From positions 7,908,358 through 7,972,357 of the forward strand of contig MU054187.1 of assembly GCA_013239625.1 (NCBI GenBank): a stretch of 64,000 bases of DNA, read 5' to 3'. Below the pieces are notes generated by a model, which did not search any database, was not told where the DNA came from, and saw only the letters and a list, made by a program, of their open reading frames with translations. Shown here one piece after another: positions 24,291 to 35,998 of the stretch. Numbering within the stretch: position 1 is the stretch's first letter; each line of letters opens with the position of its first letter. Position numbers and translations under genes: made by a program. The DNA is from Lama guanicoe (lineage: Eukaryota).

Positions 24291-27200
24291 ATTCACTTAG
24301 AACCTGTCAACGTGAACAGTAAAAACTAACCACTACCATGGTCTTTTAAGGCAAAAAATGTTTGCCCCCTTGTAAAATGTATACTCTGCCTATAAACCAT
24401 TTGCAGTTTTAATGCACACAGGACCTTTTTTTGAAATAACACAAACTAAATGTATTTGCAACCTAGAGTGGTATATATGCCTACCTACGAATACAGTCTA
24501 AATATATCATAATGTGTATTATATTTGCTATATTTTGAAACATACATTCATATGTGTCATTATGTATACTTAAATTTATACTGTTATCATCCATTCTTTG
24601 TGTAAATATATTAGGCTTCAGAATTAGCTTAGTCACTAAACAAATATTCCATATTCAGTACTCTTAAATCATGGGGTGGCTTCATGCACCAAATATGGAA
24701 GAAGAATCAAGGCCAACCATACAGAATAATAACAAAAATATATTGACCAATGTGAATTTCACAGTGGGAACCACATCTCACAGAATGAAGATGATGACTT
24801 TGTGCTCCAGAGTCTCTCGGCTAGCATGACCACCATGCTGTCAACCTTAGGATTCCCCAGGGATGACGAAACCTAAGGCTGATGTATTAGACTACTTAGA
24901 TGAGGACAACACATTTAAACGGCGAGTCAGGTGATAACGCAGTATTCACCCATTCAGAAAAACTGCAAAGGTAAAGCAGAGGATAGGCAGTGGGAAGGGG
25001 AAGAGAGGGAATCTTGGGCAATTTCCCTCTAGAGGGGAAATACTTTCAGAAAGCTGTTCAGATTTACAAAATGAAAGTTGTTTAGAACCAAGCCCCCAAG
25101 TCTGAGGAGCACAATGAAGATCGACCCTGAATGGTAAACGAAAGAGAAAACACCTTATCATCTCCTAAATGTATTTTCACAGCAACAAAAAGAATTGTCT
25201 TAAGTGACTGTTGTTTTTATCTGCGTTATAAGAGAATTAAGCCAGAATGCACTGCTGTATGCAATCAACAAACAGTGGATTGTGGACATCACAGAAATCC
25301 AGAGACTTAATAAAACAGTTTCACAGGCTATTTTCGTTGAGGACCATTGTTCTCTTGTCTCTCTATCACTTTAAAGACACCAAGATAAAGAGTAACCCAA
25401 AATATTACATGCTATTTAGACACAGACTGAAGATGTTGATGGCATCCTTTTTTTTTTAGCATTTTTTTTTAGATTTGTAAAATATGACTTTATAAGCATT
25501 TAATGATAGCTAACGCATTTTATTCAACATTTGTGAAAATGTTAATCAATAACATATATTGTTTAGTTTGCAAAAATTGCTGAATAATAGAATTGCCATT
25601 AGTTTAGTTATAATGGACTTGAATATCACAATTAAATAAGTTGGCTACCTGGTACTATCAATACTGGCATTTTGTGGAAGTCTATAGACTATTTCACCAC
25701 TGAAAAACATTCAACTTAAAAAAAATTAACAGAGACTAAGTTTTCATATAACCTCAGTTGTTTTAAAATAGTTGCAAAGATAATAAGCTACCATCTAGTA
25801 AAAAGTTAGAAATTACAATATGCTCCTAATGGCTAAATTTGACATATTTATGAGCTGTCAGGAATCTCAACAGAAATTCAGAAACTATTACCAGAGATTT
25901 TCATTAAAATTTAAAGTCTATAAATAACAAATAATGACATATTTTACTTTTTAAAATAAAAAAAAATAAAAAATATGTATCATTTCATTTTGATGAATTC
26001 TGCCTAAAGTCATCAATATTATTTTATTATGATATCCAAATAGTAGCAGTAAATTTTTCTCCACTGTCTCTGTGCTGTTATATTGCGTCCAACTATATTC
26101 TGCATGACTACTTTCTTAAATTAAACTTTAAAAAAAATTAGGACATGAGGCTAGTTATACATTTTTGGGGTTTTTTTTGTTTTTTAATTTAGGGATATAC
26201 TGTACTGGGTGTCGCTACTTATATATGTTATTTGTCTCTATCTGACTTTGATGGCTAGGCTGGACAAAAGCAGAAGATCTGCTTGGTAAACAGCTTAGGA
26301 CTTTTGCTCCTTTGGTATTATAATAAAAAATAACCCTAGTCATCCCATCCATCAAAAAAATGTGAAGGCACAAATATTTCTGAAACTATTCAGAGAAATC
26401 ATCCCACAGTCCTGTTCGTAGGTCTTAGAAAATAAAAATATGGCTTTAAAGTTGTTGAGTCTTTCCCTTAATTTAAAAACTGATGTTTTAATACAGATCT
26501 TGATGACCTGATGCTGTTATCTCTACATGGTACAATTTTTTTTGACCTTCAGAATTATTCATAAGTCTCAAACGTAGCCCTATGTTTTAAGCATGTCTTT
26601 GAAGTCTTTGACTAGACTCAATGTTTACAAGGATTCTCTCTGCATGAATTGGGTCATGTTGCTACCATACAATGTCCTAAAACCAAAGAAAAATGTAATT
26701 ATGTATCAACACATATATGATTCATCCTAGTTCTTAAAGATGAAAGGATAATTTGACTCAGCATTTTAGGAACTGTTGCAATATAGCTATGATTTAATTT
26801 AATTTTTCAAAGTTGACTTTCTGCAAGCATCTAATGTAGTGTTTCTTTGGAAAACTCAAGGCCCTTACCAAAAATCCCAGAGGTCAATTTGGTCATTTCA
26901 ACCATGCAAATAGAAGATAGATTTTCCCGACTCTAATTTTCAACAATTCCAAGGGTTCTACTGAGCAGTGAGATAATGCAAATGGACCAAAGCTCCAAGC
27001 CAGGCTTCCGCAGAGAAAATCTGAGTCCTGCAAGTTCGATTAAGCTCGCTAATTTTCAGTACAACAAGCTAATTTCCAGACAGACTCTTCTGATGTTTTC
27101 CCTCTGTTTGTAATTTGCATCATTAAATAGCTCGGTGTTTCAAAGCAGCCCCGGTCCTAAGGTCACAGGGCTTTGTATTAAATAGCAACCACCTCATTTT

Positions 27201-30200
27201 TTTTTTTTTTAAAGGAAGGAACAGAAAGCAGCTGATCCTGCTGTAGCCTGATTTCCTTTTTTTCTTAGTGGGAAGAGGCTGAAGTGTCTTGTGGATCACA
27301 GAAATTTTGCTTTGGTTCGGAGAACAGCTTTCCTCGGTGTCTTTGTGCTCCAGAAAGCAACCCAGGATCACAGGTGGCCTTGATTATTAAGATTTTTTTT
27401 AATGGTGTCCCCCTCCCTTTCCTCGAACAGCAGGACATCTCCCTGACATGAATATCTCATTTTTGGTGGCACAAAATTCAAAAATCTTAAAGAGATACCC
27501 AAAACATGAATTTTAAAAAAAAAAATCTACCGTTGAACTTCAGAGGGTAAAATTGGTTAACAAACATGACTGGTGCTACGAAAGGGTTACATGGACAGAT
27601 GTGCAGAGTTAAGGGCTTCTCATGGTCAATTTTCCCTAGAAGATTTTCAAAGGGCTGCTTCTGAAATAACAGACCAAATGCAGAGAAAGCAGGAAAAATA
27701 CCTCTTCACTCCAACCTATCCCCCTCCAGAATAAAATAATTTCTCTTTGTCTCTCTGGTCACAGCAATCTGTACTTCGGCTCTTTGGCACCCTGGAGCAC
27801 TGCCTGTCCCCTCCACGCTGACGTTGGCGCTAGTATTAAAAAAAAAAGTCTTCAATCATATAACTCCAAGCCATTCATATTAATGTGCCTGAGTCCAATT
27901 ACCCTTTCTATTCTGCAGGGGGAAGAAAGATCATAAAATGCTCTCTGGGTCCATAAGGACAACCCCATTGGCACAGATGGGGATTCTGCTCTGAGGTGAC
28001 AGCACTGCTCTCTTGAAACATGACCTAATGATTGTAAAGAGTTTCTTTGGAAACACCATATTTTTTTCATTGACCCATCTTTACCATACCACACACCCCT
28101 GAACCATTCTATGGCAATGTACCAGGGAAGTTAAAGACGGCTCAGAAGGAAACCTGTCATCTTTAACAAAGAAATGCAATCCGTGTTTGTTGTGGGGAAA
28201 GGCCTAATTCAATTTGTTGTATCTCTGGGTTTCTATTTTGACTTGAGTTGTTTTCAGCACAGTCTCTCTACGTTTCCAAAAGTTAGAGAGTATATTTTAA
28301 GAAGTGCCACCATTTTTGATATTTACTGAGAACGACACACTCGGGGATTTATTTCCATGAAAATATAGCCCGGAGAATTTAGAAACACACAATGTGGAAG
28401 AATTCAGCATGTTCTAGGCTACCACGAAAATGTAGCAAAGCTTTGGCCAGGCAATAAGGAGGTCTTGATGTAGAGAAGTTTACACATGAACTTGCATGTG
28501 TCCTTTCATTGACACTACTTTATATCGTGACAGGTACACTTGGGGCTTATTAAAACATTCCACTGTTAGAAGGAATATACGTATATTTTTATCTATAGTT
28601 CACTAATGCCAATTTCTTTCAAGAAGTAATACTGTTCCTTTCTCTCTGGTCTCTCAGCATTTGGCTCCTGGATTAAGTGTAACACTTACTCATTTGCATC
28701 ATACCTTCCCTCCCTTAGGAGAAGATGATCAGCTCGTGGGCAGTGATTGGTTGGTATATAACACCAACACGATGCTTGGCACATTCGCTGAACCAATCAT
28801 GCATGGCATGAAAATATATTTTATTTTTCTTTTCAGAACTGTGTCATGTCTCATGACAGTGTTTCAGGTATTCTGAAAAGCTTTCATTTGTTGGGGGAAA
28901 GGGAGGAAATTATCAAAGGCTCCTCCAACAAAGACAAAATGTTAACGGCATCCATTAGCAGAGTGAGTCTGAGGGAACAACAGAAACCAAGAATTCACCT
29001 GTCAGCAGTGTATACACATGCTGGGGTGCAAACAGACCTCTGCTCTTTTAAATGCACGGATTCTCACAGTGGATGAATTTACCATCCACCCTGCTCTAGG
29101 GATGTTAGGAAAATGGGAGAAGATTCAGTTTTCTATCTGTACTTGCCTACTGAGGTCCCACGGGAAAAAAAAAATAGGAAAATACTTCCACAAGTGATGC
29201 AAGAAAGTTTCTTTTGAGCGCCTTCCAATGTGTGCAAACATGACATATTTAATTAGTATTATATTCCATCCTTTAAAAGACACCCAAGATTTGAGAGATG
29301 ATAATTACCTTTTAACAACTTACAGCTGCTAACTTCTCAGGTAACCATCACTGTTACCGGTTCTCAGGGCAGACAGCACTGCAAGCCACACAGTAACAAA
29401 ACTAGAACTGGAAACTTCTTGTTTTCATCCTTCTCCGTGGCATCAGACTAAGGAGCGGCGCACCTAGGTCGTACACGCACGTGGCTAAAAGCGAAGGGCG
29501 CTTGGACAGCTGCTCCGGCAGATCATGAAAGGACTTGTGGTGACAGATGTGTTACTAAGGGCGTTTTGTTTATCCATTGCACTGAGGTTGGAGAGAATCC
29601 TCAGGCTTTTAATTTTGCTCAAGAAAAACTAGTTAGTCTTCAAAAAGCCATTTTTTTTGGCCCCTACTCTATCGGGCAGCACAGAATTTTCAAAGCAGCG
29701 CAATGTTGTAGAAAAATGCCCTTTTAATCAGATTACCCTTGGCGAACGTCCCAAACTCAGGCTGAAGTGTGGTGCTTGTGGTTTCGCAGCAGCTTACACT
29801 AAGCCTGCACCATGGAAATAATCTACTTTTAAAACCCAGGAAACAAATCGACTGCACTAAGGACATAAGTCGCTGTCATTAGAGAGTGATTAGGCTAAAC
29901 ATTTTTATACACTCTCCTAGCCCACTTTCAAATTCTCTATCTCCGGCCGGTAGGAAGAAAGGTACTTCAGGTGACTGTTGGGAACCACCATGCGGAAAAG
30001 GTAATAAATCCAAATGAAGAGAGAAGCCAGAAGAAGAATTAAAAGAGCTCCTGTTTCACCTTTGACCTGCTAAAACCTAAGTCAGGATTTTCTAAACCAA
30101 AAACGGAGAGTTTGGTTGTATAACGCACACACAAAATGTTTCTCTTTGAGGCACAGTGTATTTTCTGGGCTCAATACATCAGCGGCCCTTTTATTTATTT

Positions 30201-33200
30201 CAGGCCAACATGTTTCTTTCTGTTGCATATTTTTATGTAGGAAATTCTGTGGGAATTAAAAATAAGTAAATATCACTTTGATAATTTGTCATTATGCCAT
30301 TCATCTTTTTTTTTTTTTAAACAGGAAGGGTTGATTTTGGCAGTTTAGTGATGCACCTTGATGTTACATTGTGGAAGGTTAACTGGAGGTTACAGCACGG
30401 TCCTACATACAGTCGCCCCTTCTCGTCCCATAGGCCCTCCTGCCACACACAGGGACCCCAGTAAAGTGCTCTGGGGAAAGACTGAGAATCCTACATTATA
30501 CTTGGTGTTACTCTACCTACTAACATGTTTACACTCATGGATGAAACTCTTAGCAGTGAGTTTCTTGGTTTCAAAGTCACTTCTGAGGTTGTTTTCTTGT
30601 TTCTTGTACTTTTAGTTTGTTTTGGAGAAGTAGAAGTGAAAAACAGCATCACGCCAAAAAATGTACAAAACACTGATTTCTTTATCGAAAGAAGCTGAAC
30701 GTGTGTTCCCAGCCAGGGGAAATGAGCGGTTTATTTCCCCACCATGAGACTGGAAGGAATTGGATTTAAAAATGGGCTATTCTACTGGCCCCAAAGCTCT
30801 TGCTCAAACAATATTTGAGTCCTACTTTGGACGTTCTCTGATCGTTTCATTTCTAATTTATGAAACATTTCATTAATCCTCAATCTGTCAGCTCTTTCTT
30901 GACAACAATAGAGGCTGACAGACAAAAGATTAAAATTTATTAAATACTCTGCACTTTAGAAGTATTTGAAATGCTCTGTTCATTTTAGTCCCCATTTCAC
31001 CCAATTTTAAACAAACTGTGCTCTTCCTAATTTCTTCACAAAGCAAGTAGACCCCACAGCAAAACAATTTTTAAAATACCAAAGAATACAACATGGAATT
31101 GAAACATTACAGCAAAAATCAAAATACAGCTATTCTTACGCAGAATTGCTGGCATTGACATGAAAAGCATCTCTTCTCCCTAGCATTTCAAGCCTATATT
31201 TTTTTGTATGCTCTTCCTCCTCATCCTCTCAGTACTTCGTGCCCCCCCCACGTTTCCAATCTCATAAATAATTCATGAGCTGATAAATATGCAATTTCAA
31301 AAAGTGCAGACAAGGCAGCACTGCATTAAAAAAAAAAAGAGCGTGTGCTTTTTACACACAAGTCCTGTGCTGCACTTTACGGACGACAAATTTCCTGGTA
31401 TTCAAACCCTGTATTGTACCTAGGATGGGAGTGTGACTGCATTGCTGGTCAGGTACCTTGCTAGACACATTATGAACTATTTGAAGAAGACTGTAAGACA
31501 TAAAATATAAACATGGAAAGAAATTAAGTTAGCAGTGTTTTAGAGCCTGGCACTTTACACTGGGATTTCGAACACATAATGTGATTATTCCCTGTGTCAA
31601 GTGAGGGGCTGAGGGATGCCCAGGTCTTGCACAGAAAGGATAATTCTCCACTGATAACACCACAAAGGGCTCCGGCTTCTAGGGTCTCCCGTAAGCGAAA
31701 GTCATTTATTCGACATCGTCAGGACACTCTTCAGAGGCCGATTTAACCGGATCCACAGCAAACGGTTGTGCCTGAGCTTTCAGGCAGGTGAAGCCACCCG
31801 TCCGGGAGCCAGGACACAGAGCAGAGCGCAGAACCTCCATCTTGTGGGCTAATTGCTGGATTACCAGCCTGAGACAAAATGGAGGCGAGACCTTGTTAGA
31901 GCAGCTCAGGGCTGATGCATCGAGCAAACGTAGCAGGAAGGTAAGAACGTTCCTGGAAGAGTATTAGTTAGTTACCTAATCAGATAAAGGTAATACAGTA
32001 AATCCAGATGACACTGTACTTCCATACTGAGAACAGAGGTAACAGACAGGAATGGCATCCTCATTGAAAAAGAGCGATTCTAGGTTAGCAACAGTTAAGT
32101 TTTTTTTTTTTAAAGAAACCCGATTTCAGTCTGAAATGTAACCTTTCAAATGAACACTTAAATTGGAAAACACCATGGGTAAGAAATAGACCACAGCATT
32201 TAATTTGGACGGGCTAGTTGGAAGCCTGTATTTACTGTACTATAATTTCAAATTTAATTAAGTCACACTGCTGACGCCAGTAGCATCAACACAGTAAAGA
32301 TGATTAATTGCATGCGTAAATGAAATATAAACAGCCCTAAAAGTAACATTAATGCAGAAACTCGCACCCAGAAATGGTATGATAAATTTCAGTGTAAGCG
32401 CCTACCTGCGTCTTTGAGACACAAGCCAGAACTGGTTAGAAGGCCTTGCATTTGAATGGAATCACTGTACCAAAAATATAACCTTTTACGGATCATTATT
32501 TTTCTAAGACATGTGTCCAACCTCCCCTCTCCTCTCCTCCCGCACCTCAACGCCCCAACATGATTTGTTGTCTCATGGACTTTTCACACAATTTGCATTG
32601 TCATCTTATGGACCGGCTACCGGTACACAAACATGAGCTGGCACCTGCAGTGGTGGGGCTGGGCTGTCACAACAAGGCAGCTGGACTGTTACATATTCCA
32701 CTTTGCTCCCATTGTACTTCCATCCACAGCAGCAGTCGGACAAAGGGCCTGACAGAGCTAACCACGGATTGTCACCTTGATTTGTCCAGTCTAGCAGATA
32801 TGCAGAAATGAATTATATTCTCCTGCTTATGAACACAACACAGAAGCAAATGCGCTTGCAAACAGCATCTTCCAAACCATATTATCTAAGAAACATCAAG
32901 CATCCTCATAGCTACTACATGCTGCCTTGCTCAGTAGGTGAGGAAAAGCAGAAAGAACCATCCGATCAGTGAAGACACAAAACGGCTCTCCTCCAATAAT
33001 ATATTCTTGACGTTAGAGCCGAAACTCTGATTGAGAGATACGTAATTTGTATTCTGCTTAGCTTTTATTTTTGATGAACGCTATCACAATGCTTCTAAAT
33101 GCAAACTTTAATCGTGTTTCTCAGAAACATGTGCTATGTGAAACCTAGTAAATAAAGCTGTTGTTCTTAAAAAAAAACTGTGTTAAATTGAAACATTTTT

Positions 33201-35856
33201 CTTAAAAATGATAAAATGAATGACCACTCCATGTCTGTTATAATATACTTTTTGATAAACCTAGAGACTGTCTTACTAAAATTTCTCCAAATGTTAAAGC
33301 TCTAAGCCTGAAAGCACCCAAAATAGTTGTCTAGTAATGAGGAAATTTACTGGAAGGTTTTTTTTTCCCTGTATGCCAGTTATTTAATTTACTACTTTAT
33401 TGACAAGGTGTTTGTATATCTTTGAGATCCAGGCAGATTTAATAGCCACTCATGGATAAATGAAGCAGACAGGGTTTAGCCATTTCTTTATAAAAAAAAA
33501 TGCTTTCAAAATTGGAGAAAAAGGGAAAACTGTTTTTTTATCAGCTTTTTGAGGGATGGATGACAGTAAAAGAACATTTCTCTGTGAAGCAAAGAAAAAA
33601 AATGGTTGTCCTCTTTAAAAAAAAAGGGTATAGATAAAGATCATTTCACACACATACATACATGCACTTACAAATTCTTTCCATTTTTGTAGACAAAGCA
33701 ATGTGACTGCTGATTCCCCAAAGACACCTTTCTGTAAAACCAGAGCCTCACGTTTAAGAACTCTTTGCGCTACATAATGTAACGTACAGTTTGTTTTATT
33801 ATTATTTTTTAATGCTACCCACTTGACAGTATGTGAAGAGTTCTTGGCTCTGAAAAAAGCCCTGAGAAGCATTTTTTTTTTTAATTTATGAGACAGGGCT
33901 AATCTGAAGATGCAGCAGTTAAAAACCTAAATATTGCATTTTGTATCTGAGCATATACTATACTGTTGGTATTTTTACCCACAGTAAGAAAGATGTTCCC
34001 TTCAAAAGACCTATTAATTTTGAATTTTAAATTGCACTATCCTATTGTCTTCTGCTTATACATATGGATTCTGTTCACAAGGCAACACTTGGTACCTAGT
34101 GTTTCAAATGGTGACGAGCAAGAACCAACACGATACACGTAGTAGACAGAATGTATGAAAAGAACATAAAATCCTGCCCCATACAGAAATGCAAATGACA
34201 CTTGATCAAAGGGCAGCACGTTCCTACTGAAGGATTTGGTCAAAATAAAAACCTCCACTTTAGGAGGATGCATAAGAAAATCCTGCCTAATCTGTTTCAA
34301 ATTTATTTAGGAAGGATCTAAATGTACCCAAAAGTACTGTTGATTATCGCCCAAGGAAAAATTGGACAAATGTGTCTCTCCTCGGAATTCTATGCAGCCA
34401 ACCATGGGGGCTCTGCGGCCGTTCACCTGACTGCAGCAGAATCGGGCTTGATGGTGACAGTGGGTGACAGAAAGGGGCCATTGCAAGTGCTATTATGCAG
34501 TTTGCACGGGGAGATTTCAGCACATTTCAGCTTTCTCTGGCTAGGCTAGGTAGTCGTGCTGTTGTTTGTTTTCCTTCTTTTCTTTACTAGTTGTGCCTGG
34601 CTTCCAATACTGAAATCCAACTTGTACGCTGCGACCACCGTTTACAGCACCCCGTGTTTTAAGATTTAGCATTATTTGACAGTTTTCAAGTTGCTCTGGC
34701 ATTTCAATCTGCTTTATGGTTGTAAATAAAATTTGCACATTAGTGCCTTCATGCACATGGTCCTCTTTGAAAAAGCTGTAATTTCACTTTATCCCTTTAT
34801 TTTAATTATAAGTTCTGAGGACATAATACAGAATACTAAGGCTTTCTCCTAATTTATAATAGAAATACATGCCCAGTTTAAGGCTTTTGTGGAAAACTGT
34901 GATCTATAGGACTTGATTCTTCAAAGCTTGTCTTTGTGTTTTTAAAATACACCATGCACGTTTTTCTTTAAAATTGAGCATTGTCTTATTACACATGGTT
35001 CTGAAATTTGGAGTTATTTGCAATTGTTTTTATAATACATACAATTAGATCTCTGCATTAAAGGTAGAAGAGCATTTTCTAGTCATCCAAGAGGAAGAAA
35101 AAATGCCAACATTGAAAATTTAAAGGTTTAAAATAAACGCATATAATCAATTATTATTTTTTAAACCCATAATTACGCTTAAGAAAAAAAATGTTTTAAA
35201 GCATTTTATGGAGGACACTAATGAAATATTTGGAAACCGAAGATTTCGTCCCAGAAAATCTTAATTGGTCACCCTCTCTCCCCATTGCGTTCTCACCCCA
35301 CACCAGAATGTCCTTTCAAAACATGGGTTAAAGGGGGCAGGGGGCATCAAATCACTGTTCAGCATTGCCCCAAACTTTCATTACATTTAAGAGCAAGGCA
35401 AGCCACACAACTCTGCTCCCTGATATATTGTTGAGTGGGCCGTCTAAGGTTCTATTTTCTACGTAGGGTCAAGCCTGCTGACATGGGATTAATCAGCTAC
35501 TCCTCCTAAACCATGAATCAGAACAATTGCTGTCAGTTTCATATGGTACAACTGCCTGGAAATAGAAGAACTGGGAAGCGAGAGAACATATCAGGGATGT
35601 AGAAAAGGAAACGTTAGTGGATACTTGTAACTCCAATTTGGCTACTTGTGATTTGGTACAGTAATCAAATTAAAACGATGAAATATATGTTCAACCAAGT
35701 GATTTTGGAACATCTTTCCCACCCTGTTTCTTTTCCCTTTGTGATCTTGTTCTTACATCAACTGTGACATTTTATAAAAACTTCCCACTTGTTTACTTTC
35801 TTTTGGTAGACATCATTTATGATCAAGTCCACAGTTAAACATGTCTGTTGACCCAG

Positions 35857-35998
35857 GGTTAAATTCAAGGAAGCCTGTGCAAAATGCATGCAGCTCTTAT
35901 GCATACATATTGCAAAGCCAACATTGTATTTAACCTCTCTGTGAATGTTTGCATTACAGAATTGGAAAATACTAGGTGCGAATGTCTGCATAAAGGGG
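35857..35998. repeat. Ancient palindromic element (two adjacent imperfect inverted repeats)
   Basis: Gapless inverted repeat 35857-35892 / 35900-35935 with 28 of 36 positions complementary around a 7-nt loop. A second, G:T-rich inverted repeat follows at 35934-35998. Confidence 0.6.

Noticed and set aside
24765..24877. Protein-like + frame (...NEDDDFVLQSLSASMTTMLSTLGFPRDDET*)
   Set aside because: Short, weak acceptor, no recognisable homologue and no linked exons.
33151..33177. AATAAA followed by an A-run as a transcript end or processed pseudogene tail
   Set aside because: No upstream coding relic or TSD; 'aataaagctgtt' also resembles old L1 termini; not distinguishable from background.
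34541..34756. 71-aa minus-strand ORF as the last coding exon of a gene with a long 3' UTR down to ~25.5 kb
   Set aside because: No recognisable protein, no convincing acceptor or upstream exons; minus-strand AATAAA near 25518 is common in AT-rich DNA.
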